A stretch of DNA of 64,000 nucleotides from Vicugna vicugna (lineage: Eukaryota). Below, piece after piece: positions 26,555 through 39,835 of the stretch (positions are counted from its first letter, which is position 1; every line of letters starts with the position of its first letter). Both the position numbers and the translations under genes were made by a program. The stretch covers positions 1-64,000 of the forward strand of contig MU057993.1 in the NCBI GenBank assembly GCA_013265495.1. The letters run 5' to 3'. The notes beneath the pieces are model-generated. The model searched no databases and was not told the origin of the DNA. It worked only from the letters and a program-made list of their open reading frames with translations.

Positions 26555-28162
26555 CTCCTAGATACCTTTCCTGGCCCTCCTGCTGCAGCTTGCTAAGGGT
26601 TCATAATACTCCCGGTCGTGGGTTTCCATGAAGAATTCTTGGGAGAGGATCTTCCAGCCACAGGTGTCCAGGTCGTGGCCCAAGTAGACCTGAATTCGGT
26701 GATGGTAGGTAGTTAGATAGAAATGAGCATTGGGCAGGGGGAGAGGAAGGGGGAAGGAACAATCCAGGAAATAACAGTATGTATGCATTCAGGATTAGGG
26801 TCTCCAGAAATTACTTTCTCTAAATGAGGGCCAGCAAAAGAAGCCAGTTAAAATCAAAATGATGCGGCTGCATATAAGAGAAGGACCCGGCGTAACTTGA
26901 ATCAATGCTCATTGTAATGTAATTAACATTATAGTCTGAGCCCCCTACCATTGGTTTCTCTAAGTGCTTCATGGGTAAAAACCTGCCCAAAAGGGGATGG
27001 GCATGCCAGAGCACAAAGAACCTGAGCTGTCAATCAAGCAGAGCAAAAGGAACTTGAGTTGTCAATCAGCCTGTTCACACACACACACACACACTGCCCC
27101 TAAGCCAGGATATAAGACAGAAAAACAAAGGAGCAGCGCCTTTTTTCCCCTCTTGGATTGGCCAGATCCAAATTCTTGGGAATATACTATTTTTTACCAC
27201 CTTTTTATTTTACTAATAAAAATCTGACTTATATCACACTTTCTTTCTCTCGTTAAAAATTCTTTCTTTGAGGGGTGACTAAGAAACGAGGTAATTCTTA
27301 TTTCCCTTTTCCTGGTAACAGTGGCGATCTCCTGCTCAGTCACCTCCGGGACGCCCCCATAAAGCAATGCCCACATGCCCAAGATCTCCTCGGGGAATAC
27401 CAGCAAGCACGGCTCCAGCTGTGAGTTCACGGGGCTTGGCTGCTGGTGCACTGAGCGCAGATCCTGGAAGAAGCGCCCGGCCCAGCTTCACGCCTTGGCG
27501 GGGACTCCAGCTCCACGGCGGGCGTCCGCTGCTCCGTGACCAAGAGTCCAGGTATGCCGGATCCGCCTCATCCTCCCTCACCATTTCTAGCACCTCAATC
27601 TAGGTGACCATCCTACGGACGCTCACTACTCGCACTGAGGACACCTGGGCCTCCATAGGCGCCAAGGGTGCTGCCACAGCGGCACATCTCTACCTGCAGA
27701 TGTGCTCAGGATCGGACTGGACTTGGCCAACACCAGGATCCAGACAGGGCGTCCCACCTCTTTTCCAGACAAACTTCAGGGCAACTGGTCCCCTCGAAGC
27801 CTGCACATGCTCCATGGAGAGCCACCCTCCGTCCAGGACGGGAGCCTCTGGGGTCCAGGGCTTCTGCCCTGAGTCACTGAGGCAGTGGCCTCAGGCCAAC
27901 CCCTGCCTGCTGGGCTATACAGCCTGCAGGTCCTGTTGGACATGGGTGTGCCAGGCTTGGCGCCCCATCCCGCACCCACCTGACCGCTGGTGCTGCTCCT
28001 CTGCCTCTGGGCCATCCGGTAGTAGCAGGTTATGGCAAACTTGCCCTCAGTCTCATTCCAGGAGATGATGAAGATGAACTTGTGCTTCTTCCGCTTGTAG
28101 AACACATGCAGCCGCCAGGCCACTCAGTCCAACTGGAGTCTCTCCTTGAGCGCCAAAAACAT
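26555..28162 (-). pseudogene. JMY: JMY exon 1, unprocessed and disabled duplicate, split by a solo LTR
   Basis: GCCACCATG at 28162. MFLALKERLQLD*VAWRLHVFYKRKKHKFIFIISWNETEGKFAITC matches JMY MSFALEETLESDWVAVRPHVFDEREKHKFVFIVAWNEIEGKFAITC. Also HQQPSPVNSQLEPCLLVFPEE, QVYLGHDLDTCGWKILSQ and RARKGI*E|gtaagg. Stops and frameshifts are present. Confidence 0.93.
26703..27320 (+). mobile_element. ERV1-like solo LTR inside JMY exon 1, antisense to JMY
   Basis: TGGTAGG...GGTAACA termini, TATA-like gatataag near 27110, AATAAA near 27215, flanks gtga/gtgg; JMY homology resumes on both sides. Confidence 0.85.
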
Positions 28163-28817
28163 GGTGGCTCCAGAGCCAGGCCCCGGGGAAGGGATCACCA
28201 GCCCTGCCCGCCAACGGACTCGGCCGCTGGCTGTGCCATGCCCAACAGCACCCCCCCCCCACGGCTTACCTCGCCAGGCGCCTTCAGCCATCCTAAAACG
28301 CTGGGGGGCTCTCCATGCTTGCTCGCCCGCCTCTCTGCCCTCCGACCGCCCCGATCCTTTGTGGCGCAGCTCGCGGGAAAGAGAACACGCCCTCAGGAGC
28401 ATGTAGTTCACACGGTCACATGGGGGGGCATCTGTTTACAAGCCCAGAGCTGCCGCAGCGCCTGGCGCCTGCCCTAGCCACCCCCTGGGGCGAGGCCGCT
28501 GTGCTGCTCCTGCGGGGCTCCGGAGGTGAGGCGCGGTTCCGTGGGGCCAGGCAGGTGGTCGGGAACCGTGTGTGTCTCCACCGCTGGTATCAAGGCCGAT
28601 GTCCCCGCACCTCCTCCTCCTCTTCCCGGCAGCCAGGAGCTGGCTTGACGGAGGGTCATATCTCAAACTTTGTGCCTCACTATTGTCACAATGTCGCCAG
28701 TCGGCTGCTGACTTAGGCTCCACTGGGACGTAAACACGGACACTTGGCGCACTCCAGTGACGCGGTAGCGGCGGCAGCGGGCGCAGCCGCCCGCGCCCGT
28801 TGGCCCCGCCCCCAGCA
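28163..28817 (-). promoter_or_regulatory. JMY-derived 5' UTR / CpG promoter, running into the assembly gap
   Basis: GC-rich sequence contiguous with the JMY ATG; GC box ccccgcccc at 28804-28812; dense CpG at 28740-28817. Confidence 0.65.
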
Positions 28818-30599
28818 NNNNNNNNNNNNNNNNNNNNNNNNNNNNNNNNNNNNNNNNNNNNNNNNNNNNNNNNNNNNNNNNNNNNNNNNNNNNNNNNNNN
28901 NNNNNNNNNNNNNNNNNNNNNNNNNNNNNNNNNNNNNNNNNNNNNNNNNNNNNNNNNNNNNNNNNNNNNNNNNNNNNNNNNNNNNNNNNNNNNNNNNNNN
29001 NNNNNNNNNNNNNNNNNNNNNNNNNNNNNNNNNNNNNNNNNNNNNNNNNNNNNNNNNNNNNNNNNNNNNNNNNNNNNNNNNNNNNNNNNNNNNNNNNNNN
29101 NNNNNNNNNNNNNNNNNNNNNNNNNNNNNNNNNNNNNNNNNNNNNNNNNNNNNNNNNNNNNNNNNNNNNNNNNNNNNNNNNNNNNNNNNNNNNNNNNNNN
29201 NNNNNNNNNNNNNNACTGGGAAGTACTCCATTTATTCAAAGGGACCCTCAAGTGTAAGTTTTCCTCCATTCACCCGGAGGGATAATTTCTAAATTCAGAA
29301 AGTACTCCGTATCATATGAACTATGTGCTTTATTTTATTGAGACCCCCAGGCTGTTGAATTCTCTCCTAACATCCTTGTGAGACAATTTTTAAGATATGA
29401 AAGGAAGGTGTCTGGAGACAACTCAGTAGAACTCTGAAACAAAATAAAATTAAGTGAAAGTTAAAAAAAAAAGAAAGAAACAGAGGAAGGAAGAAAGGAA
29501 GAAAGAAAATACAGAGAGACACCCCAAGCCCTACTTACCTCACAGCACCTCTGTGGTTTCCCGCTACCTCTCCTTTTTCTCCATTCTACAGTGACATCTT
29601 ACAATTATTTTCTTGGATTTTTACTTTATTTTTGCCATTGCTTCCTCTAAAAAAATAAAAACTTAATGCACGCTGGAGTTTCAGAGGACAGCATTTAGGA
29701 TACTGAAAGGAAAATTGACAGCAGTTGAAATCATTGTTGGCAGACATACTTAAGGATCTCATCATGTCTGTCCTGAACTTCTCATTCAGCAAGTGTTTAT
29801 TGAGATACAAATGTGTACAAGCCAGGAACTGTGCCCTATGATAAAGATGTGAAAAATAATGGAGCTGTTTTAAAGCTACTATTCACTGAGCACTTAAGTT
29901 GCGAGGAGCTGTACACACATTACTTCACTTAGCCCTTACAATCTACAAGAGAGTTCAGTGAAATTTATATACTTTTTCCAACATGTGCTAAATGGGCTAG
30001 GACAGTCATAATCCCTGCCCCAGTAGAGTGTTTGGTCTTAGTGGAGCAGATAGATAAGTGATTTGACAATTGCAATTCTGTATGACAACAGCTACTGTAG
30101 GAGAGGTACACGTGGCTGAAAGACATTGGAGACCACCTCAACCCCTGGGACGATGGAGTTTTAGGAAATAAAGGCTAAATTTGACCTTAAGCACCTAAAG
30201 GATGAGGCAGCAAAGGTTGATGAAGAGAAACCGGCCACTTTCAGTGAGAAAAACCCATGTGAATAGCTGCATAAAGTCTCTGTTATCCCCCATTTTACAG
30301 ACAGATAAAGTGAAGCACAGAAATTAAGTAACTTGCTCAAAGTCATGGTGGCTGAACCAGAATTCAAAGTTTGTTTTCACTTCCTTGCTTATCCAACTTC
30401 CATTCCCTCATCCTCCCAATGGTCTTTTGCCAATACTCTGAACCCTTGAACAACAGGGGTTGAACTGTGAAGGTCTATTTATACACAGATTTTTCCCCAG
30501 TAAATACATGGTGAGCAGATTCCTAACATCAACTGTCACAATGCAAAACCCAGGGCCTGCACCCAATTTCTGGATTTATTTAATTTGAACAGACCTAGA

Positions 30600-32610
30600 T
30601 ATCATTGGCTAAAATGGAGGGTGAATGCCCGTGAGGAAGGACTCTGTAATGACATAAGAATAATTATAAACATTCTACCTACCCTTCTACAAAGGGCCTT
30701 ATGAGAAAACTGTACCAAACACTTATTGGACTTAAATGATGCCCAGATAATTAAAAAGGTCTTCAGGAGGCCCAGGCAGTTGTGCAAGTTTCCTGGAATA
30801 TCAGGCCATGTGAACCAGCAGATCTGATGGTAGCTAGAAATAGCTGTGCTGATTAAAGAGAAAAAAAATGCTGGCCTGGTTCACATAGGGTTAGGGTGGT
30901 TATTGGGTTAAGGTGGCATATTGATGACAGCCATAAATGAACTGTTGTCACACTACAGCTGCACTCAGAGCTCGCCCTAAAGGAACACATCCCTAAAGGG
31001 AGATCCTTCCAGTGGGAAGAGCTCCAGACAGAACAACTCATATATTACATTATATGGAGGCAGAAGTGGCCTGAGCTATGGATACGTATAGACTACTGGG
31101 AAGTAACAAATGACTTTTTGTCAGGGGCTTTGGTAAAGCAAGAAAAAAAAGGAAACAGAGACAAGGAAATCAAGTGGATGGATCTCTGGGGGCAGATATA
31201 TAGCATGCAGACCATTGTCTCGTGTTAGTGCCCACCAAAGAGCACTCTCTGAATAGAAGACTCTCAGCAATCAACTGGACAGCTTAGTTTGCTCTGTGAA
31301 TGTGAACTATACTGCATCCTTAACCTTTAGAGGTCCCCTGTTTGGACGATTGGAGCATGAACAGATATGACAACATGGCTGGGAAGAGCCGTGGGCACAG
31401 CAGACCAGGCTCCCTCTCCCTAATGCAGATCTAGACACTGCTCCTTTCTGAGTGCCCAGCTTGTCAACAGTAGAGCCTGGTCCTGAGTCTGTGATATATT
31501 ATCTCTCAAGGAGGCCAGCCAGCCATTTGCTGTCAGATTAACTTTATTGGATCCCTTCCACTCTAGAGATGGCAACAGTTCATCCTTGCTAGAATTTAAA
31601 CCTACAATGGTAATGCATTTAATTCTCTGCCAGCAAAGCCTCCACCAGCACCATGAATTTGGGGCTTACAAAATGCCTTATTTATTGGCACAACATCCTC
31701 TACAACACTGTGTTTGAGGGATTAATTTATGACAAAACTTGTGAAACTAGGGGTGCATGAGCACAGATTCCACTGGGATTACCATCTGTCTCATCACCTA
31801 GAAGGAGTTGATCTGATATAGTGGTTGGATGAGCTGTTGATGGCTCAGCTCAAGTTTCAGGTTGGGGAAAGTGTGTGCTATGTGTGCTGTATCGATGGCT
31901 GACATATGGTGCTGTCCTGTCAGGAACCAGGAGGTGGGAGTACAAATGGCCCCATTTACCATTACTCCTAGTGACTCACCTTCAAAGTTTATGCTTCCTG
32001 TGTCTGAAGTTTTAGGCTCTGCTGGGTTGGAGGTCTTGGTTCCCAAGAAGGAAAACACTTCCACCAGAGGACAACATAAACATTCCACAGGATCTGACTA
32101 TCATCTAGCCACTTTGGGCTCCTGATTCCAGTGATTGGCCTTCTCATTCCTGGATCAGCAAGCAAAAGAGAATTAATATGTTAATATATTTTCAAGATTA
32201 ACTTGCCCTTATTAACGTGAAGAACCTGGGTCACTTCTGTATAGTGGAGGCAGGAAGGAATAGTCACAAACTTCACTGATGCACCGCCTGGTGTTTTGTA
32301 TCAGGTGATAATGGTATCTTGGCATTTACAGCAACTATGTCCTCATGGAGGTAAAGCAAATCAAATCTAGATAAAGAAGGTCTGGCTCACTCTACCAGGC
32401 AGGCAACCTTAGATCAGCTGAGACACTGGCCAAAGATGAGAGAAATTTAGAATTAGTGGTGGGGAGGAGAGATGCTGACTCTCAGCAAGGCTTTGGGAGC
32501 AGCTGTGGCCACCGGGATGTTCCACAAACCCTCTTATGGAGATTGCAGTTGGCCAGCACCTGGAAGGAGACTTACGGGCAGATTAGAGCTAAGGGAGAGA
32601 AAAGGGGTCT
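30600..32610 (+). mobile_element. Ancient ERV-L-class internal remnant (RNase H and integrase)
   Basis: Decayed motifs resembling GKSSQWAEL, WPEV-IYTDSWAV, HVSAHQ-EEALNNQ-D and QVDYIGPLP-G-FIL near 31000-31630. Confidence 0.7.
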
Positions 32611-32619
32611 GAGGAGTGC

Positions 32620-33126
32620 TAAGGTTCTAGTGCACCAGCACGCACTCTGAGCATCACTTAGCACCCTCCTGGCCCCGTGTCCTACTGCAGGCACCTGTCC
32701 TACTACCAATTCTTGGAGACTTTGACCAGCTTCCTGCAGGTGCAATTGGGAAGTCCCTTACTCTGGCTAAGGTGTGAGCCTCTCCTTTCCTTTCCTGGAA
32801 GCTTTCTGACAAGAAGTGCAGGATGCGGAATGTGCAGCCTACAAGTGCTTATGTGATAGACAAAGTCCAAGGGCCACTAAATCCATGGCAGGTGGAAGCC
32901 TGTGGGAAAAGCCTTCTCTTCATTTCCTGGCTTTGATGAGGCCTCCCGGAAAGCCTGTGGACTCCAGCACAGGTCGGCCATGGTCATTGTGATAACATAA
33001 CCTTACTTCAGCATTTAATTCTTCCCTGTTTTCACCACCTTGTTCATTATTCCTACTCTTTGGGGTCACATTCCCAGATAAATTCCTTGTGAGAAGGCCT
33101 TTTTGGGAGGAATTCGTGTCAAGACA
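32620..33126 (+). mobile_element. LTR16-like ERV-L 3' LTR
   Basis: Follows the ERV-L internal part; ends ...ggggtcacattcccagataaattcc...tcaagaca. Confidence 0.55.
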
Positions 33127-34384
33127 GTAGTCTTATTAACTAAGTTTAAGTAATGAATTCAAATCTTAATATAAAATATTGCTGCCTTATTCATATGTAC
33201 AGGATTAAGGAAAAATGATGGTTTTGTAAATTAAAATAATTCTTTCAACTTAGCCAAACTTTATTCAATTTCCATTTGAAAGCTAGTAGTCGGAGGAGTA
33301 AGTTTTTATATCAATGAAATGTTCATTTTACTGTATATAATGTGCACACATACACTTTGAGATTTATACACTGTGAATAAGAGGGATTTCTTATGCTTTG
33401 AAGTAGTATGAAATTGTCCAACACTCTTTCTATATTGTTGAATAATTGATAACGTTACATTCTCAAGGTAAATAAATATGAAAAGAAGGGAAATGATCTT
33501 CAGTAACAAGGTAAATGGAATTTGTAGCATTATTTCTGTTGATATTTATAATGTCAATTTACATTTCCACCATCAGAGGTCATGAAAGAAAAATGGTGAA
33601 AAGAAAATTTGAGCTTTGTTGAAAAAGCTGAAGTTTGAAATCTGAACTGTAACATTATTAGTTTTTTGGGGGTTTTTTTGTTTGTTTGTTTTTGCAAAGG
33701 AAGAGCCACAGTCTACTGAATTTTATTTGTAAAGGAAGAAAAATAATTTTTAACAGTAAAATTAACTGATAGATTACAAAAACATGAGGTTCTTATTTGA
33801 CTTTGGTGCTTACAAATTTTAGTTTAAGAATAAAATTGTAAATGCAAAATGGTGATGACTGCTTGTCTTGGGAATATATAATATTTATTTCAGCTGGGTT
33901 TGTGGTATCTGTAATTGATGAAAATTTTCCCACTTATTAAAAAAGAAAGGAAATAAGTAAAATTAACACTTAGAAATATTTAGGAATACACTTCTTTGTG
34001 AAAATAATATCTACTTCATAAAGAATAGTAAAGTGTGTCTCAAAGTTTTCATTTGAGAAACTGACAATGCAAAGTGTATCAAATATCTTATTGATAATAA
34101 ATTTTAATTTAAGTGTATACTATTGATATATATTTTGTTATTGGTAGCATGTGTTGATTTAAAACCTTTCTTGCTCTAAGTAAATGATTAGAAATAAAAA
34201 AGTAACAGTAAGTTAAAATCATTATTTGAGTTAAAAAAAGCACAGAAGTCATCATTTGTCATGACCCTTTTTGGGAGATAGTAATAATTTTAAAAAACCT
34301 TCTTATAAAATGAAGATATGTTTCTTATAACATGAAAATAATATGTTTGCATTATCATAGTTTCATACGTTTTCAAAAATTCTG

Positions 34385-34650
34385 TGACACATGAAATAAG
34401 GAAGCCACAAGAAGACAACTGCTGTGTGAATTTACTTGTATGAGGTGTCTGGAGTAGACAGAGTAATAGAGACAGAAAGGAAAGTGGTGGGTCTGTGCAT
34501 TATTTACTGGGTATGGGATTTCAGTTTTGCAAGATTTGAAAAGAGTTCTGAAGATTCTACAATAATGTACTTGTTATTAACATTACTGATCTGTACACCT
34601 AAAATAGTGAAGATAGTGAAATTCATGTTATGAGTATTTTACCACTGTTT
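34385..34650 (+). mobile_element. Old L1 3' end fragment
   Basis: gaagccacaagaagacaactgctgtgtgaatttacttgtatgaggt...gtacacctaaaatagt. Confidence 0.7.
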
Positions 34651-37600
34651 TTAAATGGGAGATAAAAAATACTGTGCATATAATTTGACATCAGATAATC
34701 AAAATCCTGGTAGAAGGAAATTGTATTTGACTTACACAAGAAATTTAGATTAAAATGTGACACCATCCACCCAAAATTCCTAATTGATCCAAGAAGTGTA
34801 ACAAAAGAATCCGCACCATATTGTCGTGAGGAATAAATGAATTAAAACATGTAAAACTGCTCATCGGTGACTGTACATCACAATGCTCAATGCCCGTTAG
34901 CTCTCGTGTTGTTGTTGTGAAGCACGTCCTCGTATGCTGCGTGTAGTACCCAGATTTAATACCTATTATTATCATCATTATTAGTTGTTCTGTTTTCCAA
35001 TCTAGTGTATAAAAAGACAGTTTTCATATGTATCTTGGAAGCCCAGGAACGTCACAACCATCAAAAAGCCTTAAAAGTAATAAAAACAGAAGTCTTTATC
35101 TCACAGAAGAATTCATTTTTGTGACTATTTGTTTAAACAGCCAAAACTTAGTCTTCACTAATGTCCATACAGATGTCCCTCCCCTTGTTTGTCCTCTTTT
35201 ATTGAATCAGTTCTATCTTATTGGGTTTAAATAAAGTTCTGGCAGCCCCCATACTGCTTACATGTGCAGCCTGCTTCTGTCTGAACTTGTTCTCCGTGTT
35301 ACAGGCAATGACCATGGGGGTGCAGTAGATGAGGAGGCTGATTAGCATCTGGGGCTTCAGAAACTTTCACCACAGATTTCATCATTTTAATTCATGTTCC
35401 TTTCTTGATAAGAATCACTATTCTAAAGTCATTCTTTGTTGTTGTCGTTGTTGTTTTAATTTTACTTTTAGATTTTTTGTTGCTCTCACTTGTTTATTTC
35501 TTTACTAAATTTAAGGTCCATCAATTTTAACATAAAAACAGATTCTGCTAGTTCTGTGAATACTGATGTGTTCTGTTAGTTGAGAAATATTTTATCTTGG
35601 TTTGTTTTAGGTTATAAAATCAATTTCAAGAGGAAAATATAAATTAATATTTGATATGAAATGGGAGAAAACTTTATTTTCTTGAAGTCCTTCTTTGAAG
35701 ACTCCTTTATCCAGAAAGTCAAAGCACACATGCCATTTTCTAGTCTCCATATAAATCTCACTGATGGGAAACAAGGTTTTTTGAAAGAAGACAGTATAAA
35801 GAGACTGTTTCTACAATTCCATCAAAACTTTCACCAATGCTCCCCAAAAAATTCCAAAAGGAGTTTCAGTTCCCTCCCCTCACTTGTTTGCCCTCTGCAG
35901 GTGGTTTTAATGAGCAGTGAGCTGGTTCTCGTGGTGAAAGACAAAGGAAGAAAAATCCTGAATAGCCTGCCATCTGCATTGTTCCACATTCGATAATTAG
36001 GGATATTAAGAGTAGTGTTAGTTCTGAAACACCACTGCCTTATGGAAGGAATCCATTTACATTTGGGAAGACTACAAAAGGGACAAAAGAACATCCAATT
36101 CAACTTTATTTCATGCTCATATCCCCAAGCCTTCAGTGCCTTCTTATGCTTTAAGTTGGAAATGCCAGCTCTTCTTTGCTTCTATTTCCAGTAGAAAATT
36201 CATTTTTTCAGTATTTATGTATTTACTTATATGCTTACTTCTTTGTTGAATACCTGCTCTTTCTCTTTCTCTTTCTCCTACTAGGTCATAAATTCTTTCA
36301 GGGTGGGTGTGGTGTTATCAGTTTTCTGTATCAGACAGGTGTTTTGCACTAGTCAGTGTTGTTTAGCTAGCTGTTGAAACCATTGGCTTTAATGTTTCTG
36401 TTACACTTTATTATTTCATGGTTTAAGCTATAAGTTAAAACATTTCTAAAATGATTGTTCTATGCATGGGGTAATGGTGTCCCGCTCCCCCACTAACCTA
36501 CACCTGTGTATTGGGAGAGAGAGAGTTCTTCGGCCTGAGCCTGGGAAGCCACATTATTTCTAGGTTGGAGGAATCACAATCACAATCTAAATGCAATGAT
36601 GATCCATTATGACTTTCTCTAACTTCAGAGAGAGCCATGAAAACCAAATGTCTAGGGGGAGCACCAGGAGACATGTGGGAACTGTAGCATCATTTCCATC
36701 AGCTCAGCAGCTGCTCAGAGTCAACCCACATGTCTCCACCCTCCTGGGGTCTAGTAAATGGATGAATGAGTTTCTTCTCATTATGGATAAATATCGCACC
36801 AAAGGGAAATTGTTCTCATTTTATGCCTTAATTCTCAAAGGTTCAGAATAAATTGATAATATAGACTAATTGCTTACTATTTCATAATAGATTTCCTCCT
36901 CTAGAATCAGAAAGACCATTGGTAATGACCTTTGTGATAAGGTACCTGTCTCAATATCTTTGAGAAGTCTGAAGAAGATTTGCAATTTTCACCACATTTT
37001 TTTTCATAAATTAAATTAACAAGGTAAAGTAACTGACTTCAGGAGTCTAATTTCCTACCTCTTATAAAAAATAAACACAGTTAGGCTGTTCACCCACTCT
37101 GAAAAGCTATTTTTTATACATAAGTAAACATTCAGGATTAATGCTCCCCTCCCCATGTCCCCACTGGGAAGAGAGGATATAATGATTTATTTTGCTTAAA
37201 AAAAGAGAATAAAACCCATGAGATTATGACCGCCATATTTCAAGGTTGTTTCCGATTTCTTGATCCTATTATAAAGGAGATACATTTGAGTTAATTTTAA
37301 TTGAAATTGAGTCTTTTATCTAAAAATATGTAACATGGACACTGCAAGAAATAAAGAAGTAAAGTCATAGATTAACAAAAATGTACATTATGTGTAAATC
37401 TAAGAAGAAACCTTAGGCTTATTAGGGGGAATTTCATGGCAGACCCAGCTATGACGTTAAGCGTGGAGGTAGACCCTACATAGAGCTTGGAAACGCCACC
37501 ATCACAAATATACTTTGAACCCAAACACCAAGTAATATGGCAGTCGAATGGCCAGAGATGTCTGCCATCCTGGAGGATAAAGTTGCGTGGTCTGAGATCT

Positions 37601-37772
37601 CCCAGTCATGTGCAGCAGAGCCACAGGTAAGTGAATCACATGAGTGGGGAGCCAGGGCTGGCAGGGCCAGCAGGCAATTGAATGGAAAACAACTTGGGGG
37701 AAGGCTACTTAAATGGTAGCATCTGACATTAAAAGAGAATTATATTTTTTTGGCTCAGATCAGCAGTCTTCT

Positions 37773-38543
37773 TTTTTTTTTTTTGTAGAATCTTTTTATT
37801 CAGGAAAAATACAAAAAAAAAAAAAATTATCCAACCACACACACGAAGGTTATGAGAAGAGGGAGGTGTACATCCAGCCCTGGCCTCTGACCATGTGGTT
37901 TGGGCAGCAAAAAGGGATGTGGCATAATGGCCCCAAAAATAAAAGTGGTGTATGTGGGGGGAAGGAGAGGGGTGCAAAATCAGTGGGGAACAGTAGGGGA
38001 AGGGACAGATGAGGTCAGTCCTGGGAACACCACAGGAGGGAGGCCATTTTATAACATTTCCTGTTGATCATACCACCATGGACACCTTCTTTGCCCATCA
38101 GCAGGACTAGCGTCTTGGCAGTCACGGTGACCATGATATTGAAGGTGAGTGATCCACCTGTCATCTTGGTACAAAGATCCATGGGAAATTCCCCATCCTG
38201 CAGCAGCGAGTCCTGGATCACAGTACATTTCTGGCCCCCAAGCCTTAGCCCACTCATGAAAAATCTTGACCAGTCTTTGCCAATCAGGACACCAACCTCA
38301 GCTGGTGTGATGCTAGCAAAGGTTTTCCTGGGGTGGTGGCCCAGATGTGGGGCGAGTCCTTTGAGCCTACCATGGCCGCATCCTGAAAGGTCCCGTCCAC
38401 GAGCAGGTTATGGATATAGGTGTTCCCAGGCGCTGCTGCTGGGGCCTCGGGCGGGGCTCGGGAGGCCTCGGGCTGGCGGGCGGGGGGAGGCGGATAGCTC
38501 GGGGCACGGGCTGCCCACTGGACTGCAGCTCTGCGGGCTGTTC
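37773..38543 (-). pseudogene. PFN1: Profilin-1 processed pseudogene with full UTRs, start codon lost
   Basis: [19 protein letters not shown]...[23 protein letters not shown]...[24 protein letters not shown]; no introns; AATAAA at 37800-37795; poly(A) at 37784-37773; 12-bp TSD ca(g/a)cagtcttct at 37761 and 38544. Confidence 0.95.
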
Positions 38544-39699
38544 CAACAGTCTTCTAAAGTCTGGATCATATAACTAGAATATACTGCGAAACTGGATTTT
38601 ACATTTTGAGTTCTGGCAACTCTTCAAGAACAAAAGGCTATTTTATTTTTGGTTTCTTTTGTATTTTGAAAAGCCCTCTAGTCTTTAAAGTTTGAAATCT
38701 CTGGGATATATATATATATATTCCCAAAAAAACAGTCTGCGGTCTCAGGTGCACCCTTTGGTCAGCGGTGGACACAGGCGGGGGTTGGGGGTTTCTCAAG
38801 GCCTGGAGGGCGTCCGCATGGAATTTACAGGGGTCAGATGGACCAGAAACACTAGAAAGCAGCTAGATAAGAGCTGGGCAGGCTCCAGGAGGTCATTTCT
38901 GGGAGAAAGAATGGGCGCCCCTCATGGTATTTTGATGGCCCAGCCCTGCCACCGGTCCTCTCTGGTCCATGGAAGGACAAGAAAGCAGGGGAAGAGGCTG
39001 ATGTTTGGTAAGTGAGAAAGTTCCTGAAGACCGAGGCAAGTTTTGTCAGCTCAGGCCTCGGCTGCCCCATCCGGTGATGATTGTGTCACTGAAGGGGCAG
39101 CCCAGAGCCACAAAACTGTCTTCCCCGCAGAGCCCTGAGGAGGGCTGATGTTCCCCTGCCTTCGATGAGGGCCAAGCATCTCGGTTTGATTACAGAGTTG
39201 CTGCAGATTGGATAATCTCTGGTTCCTTTGTGTGAATGTGCCCGACCCTCCTAAGCGGGAAAAGCACGGTGCACTTCAAAAGATACTGATGGTGTTCACA
39301 CCAATATAAGAAATCTGTTGCTATTAAATGGAACGAAAAGGAACAGGCAAACTGTAGCAGAAGAAACCTTTCCAAATACAGTTATTAGAAAGGAAGAAAG
39401 AAAGGAGGAGGGGAAGGAGGGCAGGACGAGGGCTGCATCCTGACCTGAGCAGAAGCCCCGCTGCTGGCTCACCCACATCTCCCAGGTCCGGGTCTTCTCC
39501 TCAGGCTCTGCTTCTGTGAGGCCGTGAGGTAATTGTCCTGCTGAGTTTCTTCTTAAAAGTTTTTCCCACTTGACACCTTAAAATATATGACAAATTTAAT
39601 GATGAGATGGAATTTACTGTGAGTCAGTGAAGCCTTGTGGTTGCCACTGGTCAGTCTGCTGGGCTCCCCGCATGGCCCCAGGGAAGGGGGAGACACGGG

Positions 39700-39835
39700 C
39701 ATGTGCCCTATGTGTGTGTGATGTGTGTCTGCATGTGTATGTTTGTGTGGGGGGTGTATGTGTTGTGTGTGTGTATGTGGTATGTGTGTTTATGTAGGGT
39801 GTGTATGTGGTGTGTGCTGTGTGTGTGTTTGTGTA
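39700..39835. repeat. Degenerate (TG)n low-complexity tract
   Basis: Direct reading. Confidence 0.85.

Noticed and set aside
26555..28162. Intact JMY or WHAMM gene
   Set aside because: Premature stops, frameshifts and an LTR insertion; the residues match JMY rather than WHAMM.
28436..29292. Long ORFs of 161-277 aa
   Set aside because: They run through the N gap and are artefacts.
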